Origin: the human T2T-CHM13v2.0 reference genome, Homo sapiens
Reading direction: 5' to 3' (one strand)
DNA: 64,000 nt
Assembly (NCBI RefSeq): GCF_009914755.1
Contig: NC_060926.1
Made by a program: the position numbers and the translations under genes. Positions within the stretch are counted from its first letter, which is position 1. Each line of letters opens with the position of its first letter. Positions 13,481-28,413 of this stretch are shown one piece after another. The notes beneath the pieces were generated by a model, which saw only the letters and a list, made by a program, of their open reading frames with translations, was not told where the DNA came from and did not search any database.

Positions 13481-16354
13481 CCTTTTGCATCTGGCAAGTT
13501 TTGAGTAAAGGAAGTTTTCCCTGACTTTTCTAGTTGAGTTTGTCATTCCGTGAGCCCAGAGATGCTTAGAGGTTTGCTAGAAATTCTCCCCACACTTTTG
13601 TCATTTCTGCTTATTGCCCAGAAAAAAACCACTGTAATTTACTCAAGGTGATTTCTGATGGTCCCTTTATGAGGCTCATTTACATTGATTGTGACCAACT
13701 CTTCATAGGCCACAAAAAGCCCATATATCAGTGTCATCCACTAAGCCTCAGACACTGCAGCAGCTACTGTTGTAGTGAGGGTGGGGGAAAATGTCTCCGG
13801 TGACTTAGAATTTGACAGCACAGAAGAGGTAGCGGTATGACCAGCCATCACGGAAATGACCTTGTCAGGCCTGTACAGGGGCACAGAAGCATAAGAAGGG
13901 CCTGTCACTAGATGTGATTACTCTCTAGCATAAATCACTTTTAAATCCCAGCCTCTGAGAGTAGGGGCTAAAGGTAGACAGGCCAGAGAAGCTCCATTTC
14001 ATGAACATTTCAAAACTCTTTCTACAAATGTGAGTTATTTCCTTTGTCCTAACTGGTTAGCCATTTTTCATTCATTGCTTTCTGCCCCATTCCATTTTCC
14101 TCACCTCACGATCCTACTTTTTATTGTAGGATGAGTGCTCTTTCTTTTGTCTATATCAGTAGATGAAGGCTCACTGGTATGTGGATGACTTTAATGAATT
14201 TCCAGTTATAGTACTTGATGCAGTTGCTGTGGTCGTTTTCTTGGAAAAGTAGGTTATATTGTATTACGTCATTTTTTCAGCCCTGGACTCTGTTAATTTT
14301 CCATTCAGTGGTGTGGGAAAACAAATGAGTTGTAATATGCATTTTAATTTATGCCATATATAAATACTCATAGATAAAGGATTCTCCGAACTGGAATGGT
14401 GATGACTAAGCCAGATGTTTTTAAAGGAGGATTGTTTTCCAAAGAGTTTACAGAGAAACATTCCTGAAAAGACTGAGGATTTTGCACAGCATTAATTTCA
14501 TTGCACAAAGTTATTTTGGGTACACATTGTCAACAGATCCCAGTGGCTAGTTTATTTCAAATGCAGAGTTAGCATACTTCTCATACTAGGAAATAATGCC
14601 AAGAGAAATCATAACCAAGCTCATGGCCTCCAGTCTTGGTACCCAGGACTTGAAGAAGTCAAATTAGAATGCAAATGCAGCATGGTAGGGTTGAACACAC
14701 ATGATTTTAGAAGTCTGGAATTCCAGGCTATAGTCTCAACTTTTCCCATAACTACTGGTGAGACCATGCACGACCCAGTTAAACACTCCAGGCCTCATCT
14801 AGACAATAAAAGAAATGGGCTTGATGACCTTGGAGTTGCCTCCCAGCCATCCAGTTTTGTGAAGGTGGGCAGGGTTGTGTTTACTAAAACACCACTTTCC
14901 AATCAGAAAGCTGTCATTTCCTCCTCAGGCAGTTAAATTCATTTTACCTGAAAGTCAGTTTCAAGGTTAGTTTTTGTGCATAGAAACAGTACACCTAACT
15001 GTTTCAAACATCTCCTACTACAGCAGGATCTCAGACTGATCTCCACCTTAAATGTGCAGAGAATAACATTCCCGTTTTTCTCTGATTGGTTTTCATTATG
15101 AATTTTCATCAATCTGGTTTGTGAAGACATTTTATTTTAGTTTGATCCAATAAGTTCAGTCTGATTCAGTCATTTAAACATTCTCTTCAGGTAACTCTTC
15201 AGCCTCCTTCAGGTATAGCATGAATCCTGGTGTGATTTTGTCCCCTTCCCAGAATCTCTCTAAAATAATTGTTGCAGAATGACTGAGCTGAGCTGTTTTC
15301 TGAAGTTGTGGCTGCTGAGATGCAACTGGTACTACTGGCTTTTTAGTTGGCACACTGGCGCACACCATGGGATCCACAGTCCTGACCACTTCCCCAACAT
15401 GTCATAGTCCAGGGACAGTCCCACTTAGCTGATGCCAGGGCTCTGGCCATCCTCTGGCTACTCAGCACTTTGCATCCCCTTACCACACACCCTCTGGTCC
15501 TTCCCATGGATTCTACCGGCCAACACCCTGGGACTGTGAAAGTGGATCTTTCAAGAAAGATGCGCTAGACCCATTAGTCTCAGGCTCTTTCCATATGTAA
15601 CTGGGTACTTCCAAAGTCCATCTCATTTAAGGGTAAGCCCCAAGTGGGGGTCTTTGAGGAAGAGCATGTGATTGGCTGAGACCTTTGGGATCTGTCCTAC
15701 TCCTCTACCTCTGAGTTCCTTCTCACTATAATTCTCAAGGTCCAGAGAGGTGGGCTTCCAGTTTTCTACTTCCTCTAAGCCTCCCTCAGGTGCGGACACC
15801 ATAGGCAGGGCAGAAAAGGTGGTATTTGCCCTGAACTATGGAAAAACCTCAGTACTGGGTCTATGATCCATCTGAGTCCTCCAAGCTTGTTCCTGGTATA
15901 TTAACAGCAGTTAAAATAATCTAGACAATCCTTTCTCTCCAGACTAAGTCTTGGATTTCGAGATTATTGGCCTGCTGAAAAATCTAATTTGTGTCTTTGT
16001 CTTCACATTCCTCTGTAGCAATCCTAATCCTTCCCAAGGCAAATAAATGTGCATGTCCGGAAGAGTAGGGAAAGTGCAAGAAAAGGAAATGCAAAGGAGA
16101 GAAGCACATTAACATATTTCACAAAATGTATTCTCTATTATATTAACAATACGTTGTGTGGTAGTAAAGAGAGAGACGAGAGGAAAAGGAAATAAGAAAA
16201 GCAAGGAAAGATCAAATAACATAGTTTACTTTTAACATATTGGGGTAAAGTCAACCCAGCCTTCACTGATAGATCTGGGAGTATCTCTCACTCTCCCATT
16301 TGTCTTCTCTTGTGGTCTGGCAGTAATATACATACATGTGAAACCATTAACTTG

Positions 16355-17375
16355 TTTCAACAACAAGAAAACAAACAACCCAATAAAAAAATGGACCAAA
16401 CGCCTTAATGGAAGCCTCACCAAAGAAGATAGAGTGGGCAAATAAGCATATGAAGATATGCTCCACATCATACGCCATCAGGGAAATGCAAATTAAAACA
16501 ACGAGACGCCACTATGTCTCTGGGAGAATGGTTAAAATCTGGAACGTTGAAAACACTGAATGCTGGCAAGAACATGGAGCAACAACAACTCTCATTCATT
16601 GCTGGTGGGAAAGCAAAATGATACATCCACTTTGAAAGTTTGATAGTGTCATATACAACGAAACATACTTTTAACATATGATCCAGCACCATGCTCCTAA
16701 GCCAAGAGGGTTGAAAATATGTCCACAAAAATACTTGCACATGAATTTTTATAGCAATTTTACTCACGATTGCCAAAACTTGGAAGCAACGAACATGTCC
16801 TTCAGGAGGTAATGGATACTTAAACTGTGGTACATCCAGACAAGGGAACATGATTCAGTGCTAAAAAGAAATGAGCTATCAAGCTATGAGAAGACATGGA
16901 GGAAACTTAAATGCATATTACTAAGTGAAAGAAGCCCATCTGTAAAGGCTCCATACTGTATAATTTCAATGATATGACATTCTGGAAAAGGCAGAACTAT
17001 TGAGACAGTAAAAAGATGAAGTGGTTCCCAGGGGTTGGAGGAAGGGATGGATGAATAGACAGGGCACAAATGATTTTTAGGGCAGTGAAAACACTCTGTA
17101 TCATACTACAGTATCATGATGGATAACTGTCATTCTACATTTGTCCTAACCCATAGAACGTGCAACACCAAGAGGGAACCCCGGGGTAAATTATGAACTT
17201 TGAATGATAATGATGTGTCCTTGTAACAAATGTACAACTCTGGTGGAGGATGTTGATAATGGGGGAGGCTATGCATGTGTCAGGGCAGGGGACGTATGGG
17301 AAATCTCCATATCTTATGCTCAATTTTTCTGTTAACCTAAAACTGTTCTAAAAATATAAAGTCTTTAAAAAAATT
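16355..17375 (+). mobile_element. L1MC1-like 3' fragment
   Basis: ORF2-end remnant ([22 protein letters not shown]...IHCWWE) followed by 3' UTR GAGCTATCAAGCTATGAGAAGACATGGAGGAAACTTAAATGC. Confidence 0.85.
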
Positions 17376-17494
17376 TTTAAGTATAAACGTTAATTTGTGA
17401 CAAAAGATCACACCGCACTTTACCGGTCTAAACAACATCCATTTTTTGAAACTCTGCCTATCATCATCTTGGCCTAGTTTCAGGGGAGCTAATA

Positions 17495-18235
17495 ATTTTA
17501 ATGTAATTGATTGAAATATGCATACAGAAAAGTGCCCAAAGAAGTGTACAAGTCAATCAATTTTCACAAAGTGGACACACTTATGTAAGAAGCAACCACA
17601 TCAAGAAGCAGAATCTTAACAGCACCCTTAGAAGTCTCCAATGCTGTCTTTCACTCACTACATGTCCCCCCAACCCACCATCGTAACTTCCAGCTTGACT
17701 TTTACCACCACCAGTTATTTTATTTTTACTTGTTTGTAAGCTTTATATACACATAGTCATATGCCCTATGTACTCATGTGTCTGTTCTTCTATTAGACAT
17801 TGAGAGAGTCATCTGTGTTATTTCATATAGTTATAGTTCATTAATTCTCATTGCTATAAATTATCCCATTGTATGAATTTATTTATTTATTCATTCCACT
17901 GTAGGTGGACACTTGTTTTTTTTTTTCCATTTTGCTGCTATAGAAATCTTGGTACATGTCTTTTGATAAGCCTATGTTGGGTTTATGCCTAGAAACAGAA
18001 TTGCAAGGACACAGGTGACATATATTTAGCTTAAACAGATTCTGCAAATAGTTTTCTGAAGTGATTATGCAAATATGCACACTTACCAGCAGTACATGAA
18101 AGTTCCAGATAATCCATATTCTCAGCCACACTGGATAGTGTCTGCCTTTTTTGTTTTAGCCATTCTAGTAGGTATGTAGTGGTATTCCACTGTGATTTTA
18201 ATTTGCATTCAGGGAAATACTGTGTATACCTGTTT
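17495..18235 (-). mobile_element. Old L1M (L1ME-like) 3' fragment
   Basis: Minus-strand ORF2-end remnants (TTTAATTTGCATT, AGCCATTCTAGTAGGTATGTAGTGGTAT) and 3' UTR-like sequence. Confidence 0.7.
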
Positions 18236-18443
18236 GCACACATACATGCGTGTGTGTTTGCATCAAGTGCTTTGGAACAAAAACAAATGAATGTTTAGGT
18301 CCCAGCTCTGGGTCTTATTGTGTGAAGTTCATCAGGTTTCATTTTTCTTATTTATTAAATGAGATAGTGCTTGAAAATACAATGCCCAGCATAGCTAGCC
18401 ATCTTAATTTATATCAAGTTATCCATATACATAACTCATACGT

Positions 18444-18506
18444 AGATAGAGAGCTAGCTGAAGGATGAATAGGTAGATAAATAGGTAGATAGATAGATAG
18501 GTAGGC

Positions 18507-18554
<48 letters not shown>

Positions 18555-18555
18555 T
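18444..18555. repeat. (TAGA)n tetranucleotide STR, compound
   Basis: Direct reading. Confidence 0.95.
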
Positions 18556-18826
18556 GATTCAGTTTGCTTGGGCTGCTGTAACAAAAATACTATAGACCCA
18601 TTGCCTATAAACAACAGAAATTTATTTCTCCCAGTTCTGGAAGCTGGGAAGTCCAAGATCAAGGTGTTAGCAGACTTAGTGTTTGGCGAGGGTCCATTTC
18701 CTGGTTCATAGATGCCACCTCTCTGCTGCATCATCACATGGTAGAAGTTACTAGCTAGCTCTCTGGAGTCTTTTTTGTAAGGGAACTAATCCCATTCATG
18801 AGGGGTCTGCCCTCATGACCTAATCA
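18556..18826 (-). mobile_element. MaLR LTR fragment, MLT1A-like
   Basis: GGGCTGCTGTAACAAAAATAC...CAGAAATTTATTTCTC...GGAAGTCCAAGATCAAGGTG...CCCTCATGACCTAATCA. Confidence 0.85.
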
Positions 18827-19074
18827 TGAACGAATATCTTGGTACCCTCCTCAGGGAACAGGATCATCTCAAACAGCACCCATGTTAGGATAGAGTGCAA
18901 AGTGACCCCCAAGGAACCACGAGAAGTGACAGCATAGAACAGCCTGAGGACATATTGTGTCCTCAAACTCAATATCATTCTTGGCAAGCACTGAACGGGC
19001 ATCTGAAGATCTGGGAGTGACCAGTTCTGCTGTTTACCACCAGCTGATGAAAACGGGGAACTCATGTGACTCTT

Positions 19075-19370
19075 TTTTTATTTTTCTTGAAAGCGAGTCT
19101 CGCTCTATTGTCCAGGCTGACAACTGCAGGGGTGCGATCTCAGCTCACCACAACATCCAGCTGCTAGGTTCAAGCGATACTCCTGCCTCAGCCTCCTGAG
19201 CAGCTGGGACTACAGGCATGCACCATCATGCCTGGGTAATTTTTGTATTTTTAGTAGAGACAGGGTTTTACTATGTTGGCTAGACTGGTCTCGAACTCCT
19301 GACCTCATGATCTGCCTGCCTCGGTCTCCCAAAGTGCTGGGATCACAGGCATGAGCCACTGCGCCCGGCT
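19075..19370 (-). mobile_element. AluS (Sg-like)
   Basis: Dimeric Alu; TSD CTCATGTGACTCTT at 19061-19074 and 19371-19384. Confidence 0.95.
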
Positions 19371-19845
19371 CTCATGTGACTCTTATCAGTTCATCTGCTC
19401 AGTTGAAAATGAGGATCTAATGGCTGCTGTACTCATTTTTGAGGATCAAATCAGAAAATAATCTTGAAACTACCCGCCATTATGCCTTACTCAGTATTTA
19501 TAGGGATTGAATGAAGAAGTGAATGACAAGAATCAGGAAATCAAATATAAAAATTCCAAGTGATACAAAAATATAGGTCTTTTGATATATTTGTGTGAAA
19601 GAAAACTTTATTAATAGCTAGTACCCTTTCTTGGCTCCCAGTTCCTACTGCCAAAGTTTTCTCCACCATCTGTTCTTGAAAGGAAAAGAAGCCGCCATGT
19701 TTCCTCCTCAAGGATGTGGGTCGGACGCTAGCTACATCTCACCATATCAAACATCCCAACCAAAGAGCTAAATACTGCTGCCTTTTTGTTCCAAAAATTC
19801 ATATATTTGACATCTTATAGACAAAACGCTTGACTATTTGTCTGA

Positions 19846-20182
<337 letters not shown>

Positions 20183-20428
20183 GAAGTTATTGGTTTTCAC
20201 GTGGCTACTCAGCATTCTGAAATAGGCAGTAAGTACAGATTTGTTCCCTAACATTCAGGTGTAACCACGTTGCAACTTTTTGTGATTTGTGAGAGAGTAG
20301 AGATTCCATGGACTGCACTCATCTCTCTGGGTCAAATTTAGCTGCAGTGACATTTTCTGGGTTTGCCAAGGCTAAGGCACTTGGTGTTCTGTCCCTCAGC
20401 ATTTATGAGGCCTCACCAAAGATGAGGT

Positions 20429-20508
20429 CTCTGTGGCTCATGCCTGTAATCTCAGCACTTTGGGAGGCCGAGGCAGGCAGATAACTTGTGGTCAGGAGTT
20501 CGAGACCA
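20429..20508 (+). repeat. Alu left-arm fragment; inverted local copy of 20097-20175
   Basis: Shares non-consensus bases with the adjacent Alu (CTCTGTGGCTC, AATCTCAGC, GCAGATAACTT); no A tail; flanked by CAAAGATG repeats. Confidence 0.85.
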
Positions 20509-21014
20509 ACAAAGATGCTGCTACTTCCCAGATCACACTGTTGAACCATGACTCAGCTCCCTACCTTTAGGGTAGGCACCCTCTTCTTCTCTGCCCTTTG
20601 GGTCCTGCCCCCTCATTGGAACATTCCCAAATGGAAATCTTCATTCTCTCTTGGAGCCAAAAAATTCCTTCCATCTGACTAAGCCCTGACTCTTTTCTTG
20701 ATGTCAAAAAGGGAGGAAAATACCTCTCTTATATTAAAAATAAGCCGATAGCAAAAAACAAGAGTGCTCATTTTTCCATCAGATAATCCTTTTCCATGTG
20801 CATAGCTTTGCTTATTACATCACAGCTCTGCTTCTTCCCTAATGGTGATAGTGAACTGGGTGGGACAGATGCTGATGTTTGCAGAAAAGAACTAAGTCAT
20901 GGAAAGCAAAATGAACTGAGAGGCAGTTTGTATTTATCCAACTTATTTACCCAATTTACTTAGTCATGAAGTACAAAATATGGCTCTCGGTTGCAACAGA
21001 CTGTGGTCATCTTA

Positions 21015-21707
<693 letters not shown>

Positions 21708-21773
21708 TCATCAAAAGGCCAGAAGACCCAACTTAGACAATTGAAAAAACAAACACACAAAAAACAAGGATAC

Positions 21774-21789
21774 AGATAGATAGATAGAT

Positions 21790-21824
<35 letters not shown>

Positions 21825-21882
21825 GATATAGATATAGATATAGATATAGATATAGATATAGATATAGATATAGATATAGATA
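21774..21882. repeat. (GATA)n switching to (GATATA)n STR
   Basis: Direct reading. Confidence 0.95.
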
Positions 21883-22351
21883 TCTATATCTCCATAGGGA
21901 AAGATTTTTCCCAAATGGTGATGAGGGGGTCAATGTAAAAGAAAAGGTTAAGTAATGAACAAAAGTCTATTATAGATACTCACCAATTTTTGATCTTTAG
22001 TGGGTCTTTTCTTGGTCTCAGTTCATCATCTGCAAATAAGAGGATTGAACTAAATCATATATAAGATCCTCTCCATCCCTAAAAGACTCTATTACCTGCT
22101 GTCTCACTTCTTCCTCTGACAGTTGTATCTCTAAGCCAGCATTAAAGAGCTTATAAATGGGTAGCATCTAACCAGAGGTGAAAACACAAATGTTGAATGG
22201 GATAAGCTCATCATAAGGAAAAAAGGTCTGACATTTCATTGTTGTGTCTCTCTGTTTATCTGTATATTCTCAAGAACCACCATTTATTTTATTTAATCAC
22301 AAGGGAAAATGCCCCATTTCCTACCTCTTTTCTGCTGGGTTTCTTTCATTT

Positions 22352-22501
22352 ATTTTTTTAATTTATATTTACTTATTTATTCTTAGAGATGGGATCTCAC
22401 TCTGCTGCCCGGGCTAGTCTCAAACACTTGGGCCCAAGTGATCCTCCTGCCTCAGCCTCCTGAGTAGCTGGGACTACAGATGTGTGTCACTGCTCTCAGC
22501 T
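22352..22501 (-). mobile_element. FLAM/free Alu monomer
   Basis: Single monomer GAGATGGGATCTCAC...CAAGTGATCCTCCTGCCTCAGCCTCC...GGGACTACAG with T-rich tail. Confidence 0.8.
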
Positions 22502-24407
22502 CAGATGGGTTTCTTGAAACTACTTTTGCTCCTGTCTGTCCTTGAGACTCAAAACATTTGTTTCTCTGGAACTAAGAAATCTTACTGAAAACCTTGCTCT
22601 AAATCCTCCTCTTTGTGGCCTATGCACTTGAATCATCTGTCTAACCAAATGCAGAAAGCTCATGATTCGTTTATTAAACTAAAATTTAGTTGTTCCCAGT
22701 TGTCCACGTACTTTCCCCTTTAAAGAGCTAAATTGTTTAAAATCAATCATTTTAGCTATTTTAGATTTTTATTCTCTTAAGCATGCCTTGTTGTGTTTTG
22801 TTTTTAATTCCTGTTTTATTCTGGGTAGAAATTGCTTCCTCACCACTCTCCTAACAACTACCAATAATTAAAAATTACCAATTTTGATCGTTTCTGTCCA
22901 TTCTTTTAGCAAGAGCATCAGATAATTCTCCATATTTATCTTTTTCCTGCATAGCCCTCTTCAGCTTCCCTATCATTTTGATTTAGAAAACAGGACAATA
23001 GCTCTGTAATGACAGTGTTCCCTCTCTCAGATCTTTACACAGCTCTCCTTGTTTTCTCCACTATGTTATGCACTTACTATTTTTGTTAAGTCCTACATTC
23101 TTTTTCAGGATGACAGCAGTTCTTTGAGCTTTAATTATGGTGTCTTAAAAAATTCTTCTGCTGCTTTCATGCTTGTAAATTTTATACTTCCTCTTATTGC
23201 ATCTTATTCACCAGATTTCCTAATTCCCCAAAATTTACTTTCTTGAAATCTGATGCCTTTGTATAGCTGTATTGTTCAAACGTACATCTTATGATTTTCA
23301 CTGTGAGTCATCTGTGGACATGGAAACCCTTTTGCCTACCTGTCTGCTATTTTCAATGATGATGTTTTCATTTCCCCTCCACCCCACTGCAGAAAAAAAA
23401 TTGTGTTATTATCTCTTTCTTGCGATTTAGAATTTGTAAAGGTAATCAAAATTATAACATATCATTAAATCAAAATTTTTTATTTATAATCAAAATGCTA
23501 TAATAATTCTCATCCTTCCATTAATCCCTCAATAGAGTAAATACCTTTATTAGAAGGATCAAGCCATCACTACCTAGCACAATGCCAAACTTTGTTTTTG
23601 ACAATCAGGAATCCATTTCTTAGTGAGACACATCTGGTCTAGAAAGAAGAAAATATTGTCTGTGATCTCACCATGAGAATCAATTGAAAAGAATTAGGGA
23701 GAAGGTTAGAGTTCCAGACAAGTTGAAAATATGCACATTAAATGCACAAGGATCTATCTTTTTAAAATAATAAGTTACAAAAAAATACAGATTTTGAACA
23801 TGGAAGAATAAAGGTTGAAACCACTTCCTAGAACAAACTTAGTTCTTGGAATTCTTTTGGCTCAAATGTACAGTTATTATTGTAAAAGTCATCATGTGCT
23901 GCAACCCTGTACGAACTTCAAAGTAAAGTTTCAACAAAGACGATTGCTCTTAGACATGAGAAAGAATATCTCGATGGAGACAAAGCAAATAACATGAATT
24001 CTGGTTGATTTGAGTAGAAAGAGAACTAGTAATTGAGAAAAAGGGTTTAACCAAAAAGATTTGAGTTCATTTGATTAAAAGTATTTTGTAAAGTCTCATG
24101 TAAGCATCCTTGAATATTAGAGTTTCTGAGGTTTATCCATCACTACTCATTTTCCAATTAACTGTACATCCTAATACCCCCTGATCCTAGTTCAATAGCT
24201 TCAGGAACTGATAATTTTGCTTCTTTTCAGAAGACATTTAAAGCTGAAGCCTTAGGATTGTGATTATTATCATTTTGTGGGTTTGAGTTTGCAATCCTAA
24301 TACTTCAGATACCTTTTATTTCTTCTGGGGCATCACTTTGGCATCAGGTAGTTTCCATCAGGTAGATTTGGGTGCAACACTGCAGATCTACTAGCTGAGG
24401 TTTTCTT

Positions 24408-24859
24408 TTTTTTTTTAATTTTTTTATTTTACTTTAAGCTCCTGGATACACGTGCAGAATGTGCAGGTTTGCTACATAAGTATACATGTGCCATGGTAGT
24501 TTGCTGCACCTATCAACCCATCATCTAGGTTTTAAGCCCCGTATGCATTAGCTATTTGTCCTAATGCTCTCCATCCCCTTGCACCCATCCCCTGACAGGC
24601 TCCAGTGTGTGATATTCCCCTCCATGTTCCATGTGTTCTCATTGTTCAACTCCCACTTCTGAGTGAGAACATGCAGTGTTTGGTTTCCTGTTCCTGTGTT
24701 AGTTTGCTGAGAATGATGGTTTCCAGCTTCATGCATGTCCCTGCAAAGGACATGAACTCATTTTTTTTATGGCTGCATAGTATTCCATGGTATATATGTG
24801 CCACATTTTCTTTATCCAGTCTATCATTGACGGGCATTTGGGTTGGTTCCAAGTCTTTG
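24408..24859 (-). mobile_element. 5'-truncated L1PA7/8-like 3' end
   Basis: ORF2 end (NEFMSFAGT...LETIILSKLTQEQ) plus 3' UTR; TSD TACTAGCTGAG(G/T)TTTTCTT at ~24389 and ~24860. Confidence 0.93.
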
Positions 24860-24929
24860 TACTAGCTGAGTTTTTCTTAAAAACTGATCATTCAATCTCG
24901 TAATAGTTCAGTTAATTTATCCCTTTACT

Positions 24930-25635
24930 AAAAGTTATAAGCATACATGTGAAATAACTGCTGCATTTGCATACACATGTTTAAAATGTTATCTATACTA
25001 TTTATCAATGAAAATGAAAAAAACTACGAAAGATACAACGTGAATAAATCTTAAAAAAAATAATGTTCAATCAGATGAACAAGAAATGAGGAATGTTCTA
25101 TTTAAAAGAGAGGGGAATGTATTCATTACAGAAGTCAATATCACATAAAAAAGCAGGAATGGATGAGGAAATATTCCAGATTAAAATAAGCTAAAGAAAC
25201 ATGACAACTAAATCCAACTGACCCTGAATTGGATCCTATATCAGAGGGGAGCCCTTCACTTGAAGAGGGGAAATTTTATAAAGGGTTATTAGGTTAATTA
25301 ACAAAATTAACAAAATTAAATTATGGACATAGATTGAATTGGATCAACGTAAATTGATGAGGTTGATAACCATACCGTAGTTATAAAAAAGAATACCCCT
25401 ATTCCTAAGAAATACACACAAAAGTATTTATGGATGAAGTGCTATGCTGTATGCAACTTATTTTCATTTAGTTCTGAAAAACTATGTACATATGGGGAGA
25501 GAAAGCACACACATGATAAAAACAGTGGGGTAATATGTTAATAATGGGTAAATCTGGGTGAAAGAAGAAGGGGTGTTCTTTGTGTATGTTTATTTTTGTA
25601 ATATTTTTGCTTTAATAAATATTAAATATTTAAAA
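24930..25635 (+). mobile_element. L1MC3/4-like 3' UTR fragment
   Basis: GGAAATATTCCAGATTAAA...ACATGACAACTAAAT...AAGAAATACACAC...GCAACTTATTTTCA...GGGTGTTCTTTGT. Confidence 0.6.
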
Positions 25636-25641
25636 GGTATG

Positions 25642-26148
25642 CTACTCGTACACTTATTACAGCATTCATTTCCTTGCTTTTCTTTACAGTTTTATGACCT
25701 AATTATGTATGCTCAAAGAATATAGTTTAATTGCCTGGTTTTGAACTTTTTGTATAAATGGAATCACACAGAGTGTGTTCTGTTGAGTATGGCTTATTTT
25801 GATCAGTCTTTTATTATTTAAAAACTACTTAGAAACAAAATTTTTAAAATTTCTATATGTTTATTTGTAATATTTATTTTAATAAGTATTAAATATTTAA
25901 TAAGTATAAAGTAAAAATATTACAAATAAACATATACAAATTTTTAAAAATTCATTTCTAAATAATTTTTAAATAATAAAAGATTGATCAAAATAAGCCA
26001 GACTCAACAGAACACATTCTGTGTGATTCCATTTATGCGAAGTTCAAAACCAGGCAAAATTAAATGATATTCTTTGAGCATACATAATTAGGTAGTAAAA
26101 CTGTAAAGAAAAGCAAGGAAATGAATGCTGTAATAGGTGTGTGAGTAG
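25642..26148. repeat. ~507 bp imperfect palindrome with no spacer (fold-back inverted duplication)
   Basis: Left CTACTCGTACACTTATTACAGCATTCATTTCCTTGCTTTTCTTTACAG is the reverse complement of right CTGTAAAGAAAAGCAAGGAAATGAATGCTGTAATAGGTGTGTGAGTAG; centre TATTAAAT|ATTTAATA at 25887-25902. Confidence 0.95.
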
Positions 26149-26352
26149 TGTAGTCTTATAATAGGATATCATAATATGACAGTGGTTACCTCTAGCAGGG
26201 AGGGGAGATTACAAAAGGGAGGGGCATGCTTAGAAATTTGGAGTGCAAGCAACATTCTATTTTGCATTCTAGGTAAAGATTACACAGATATTTGTTTTAC
26301 AATTATTAAGCTAAACATTAATATTTTATGAGCTTCTTAGTATGTGTGTTTC
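25985..26352 (+). mobile_element. L1ME/MC-like 3' UTR fragment; supplies much of the right palindrome arm
   Basis: AAAATAAGCCAGAC...TGTGATTCCATTTAT...AGTTCAAAACCAGGCAAAA...GTGGTTACCTCT. Confidence 0.65.
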
Positions 26353-26374
26353 TAAAGACAGAATAGAAGAAAGA

Positions 26375-26490
26375 GGGAAGAAGGAATGGATGGAGGAAGG
26401 AAGGAAGGAAGGAAGGAAGGAAGGAAGGAAGGAAGGAAGGAAGGAAGGAAGAGAGGAAGGGAGGCAGGGAGGGAGGGAGGGAGGGAAGGA
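26375..26490. repeat. (GGAA)n/(GGGA)n purine-rich STR
   Basis: Direct reading. Confidence 0.93.
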
Positions 26491-27039
26491 AGATGCCAAC
26501 CTACAATATACAACCTGCCTTTATAGTCTTACGGACAAGTGTAGTAGTAGCAGTAGTCCTTGTCAAGATAAGAAACTGCCAGTGAATCTTATTTTAGAGC
26601 AGAAGCCCATTATTGCTCCCAGCTTTTTGACTTAGTGCAAGCCAGAACTTCAGAGCTGTCATACATCAGTTATCACTGGAGATGGTCCAGTTGACTATGG
26701 AAACAGGTAACTGACAGGAGCAAAATCAGTAAGGTCCAACTACAGACCTGAAGAAAGTCCAGGGTAAGAAGTAGCCAATGATATCAAAAGGATGAGACAA
26801 GAAACCAATAATAACCAAAGCCTCTTCTCCCGAGGTGTGCAGCTTGACATCAACTTGAAGGAGTGTTGTGTGGTTGGATGAGGCTGTCAACACATCCAGG
26901 AGGCTGTGTCCACCTCTCCAGCTGCAGCTCCACTGCCTCTCCCTGATCTGCAGGCCCTGACCAGGTGACATGCTGCCAAACGGGGAGAGGGCGGTCCTCT
27001 TTTCTGATGCGTTTAATGTGTGCTGTCCTCCCCGACTAA

Positions 27040-27355
27040 GCCTCCTGAACTACTGTGCATCTTCGAGGTCTCAGCTCAAAGTTCGGTCCTTGTAGAAGCC
27101 TCCTCTAACTCCTTAATCTAAATCAAATCCTCTTATGATGCCCTCTTATGGCAGTCCATCTTTTCCTTCACAGTATTTATCATAGTTTGTAACTGTATAA
27201 TTATTTGTGGGACTATTTACTTTTCCACCATCCTGGAGTTCCTGACTGCCATATAATACCTATTTGATGACAGTTTTCCCAGTTTCTAACACAGTGTCTG
27301 AAACACCATACTCATGTATATTTGTAGGCTCCTGAATGAACAAATGAATGACTCA
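27040..27355 (+). mobile_element. L2 3' fragment
   Basis: TCTCAGCTCAAA...GAAGCCTCCTCTAAC...ACAGTGTCTG...TGAATGAACAAATGAATGA terminus. Confidence 0.6.
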
Positions 27356-28110
27356 TTTGTCAATCAGCCTCTCTTACATATTTCTACTCTCTCCCAAAAT
27401 AGTAGTAAGATGACCAAGTAATTGCTTAAATAACATCATTACAAACCCCTTCACTAGCCATAGTGGATTTTCAATAGCATTGGTAGATTCAAGTGAGATC
27501 ATGTTTGCAAAAGCACTTCATATATGAATGTCAGGTTTTTTTTTTTCCGATTGTTTCGAGTTCCATACTGGAGACAGACTCATTTTTTCCTTCACTTGGT
27601 AATGCCTCCCATGGGGTCGAACACATGCTGGGTGTACAATTCATCTTTGTAGGATAAATGAAAATTTAGTTTCTTAAAATAACTACTTTTCTAAGGAATG
27701 TTTTAACACATATGTGAACAAAAAAAAGAAATTAAATAGAGAAAGTGAGGTAGGGAAAATATCTGAGCAAAACTTAACTTGCTGTTTCCCCTTAAGAGTC
27801 ACCAAAGAAAACCCATCTTCAGCTCTTAAATGCTGAAAGGATTTAAGAGGAAAGGATTTAGAGGAAATAGAAAGGACAGTAGGAGATAAATGGTCTAGAG
27901 TTTAGAGACCTAGATTTTACCGATGACTGGGTTAACTTTCACCTAGCCTTCCAAGCCTTGATTAATTGCGGTCACCAGAGTTTATTTCTCCAGTTCATAT
28001 TTTGCTCTTGGAAAGTTCTACTGTAAGCTCAATAACTTCTTTAAAAGTTGTTGAAATTTGAGATTAAAATAGTGTAACCAATAACTTGTTTTACTTTTTT
28101 AAAAAGTTTA

Positions 28111-28413
<303 letters not shown>

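Noticed and set aside
13643-13766. Minus-strand exon or small-RNA-like unique segment (NAGNAG acceptor, TGA|GTAAAT donor)
   Set aside because: Weak donor, and no match to any snRNA, snoRNA or protein I can recognise
14939-15900. ORFs at 14939-15130 and 15174-15389 in a more GC-balanced block
   Set aside because: No recognisable homology; may be an ancient LTR relic but I cannot assign it
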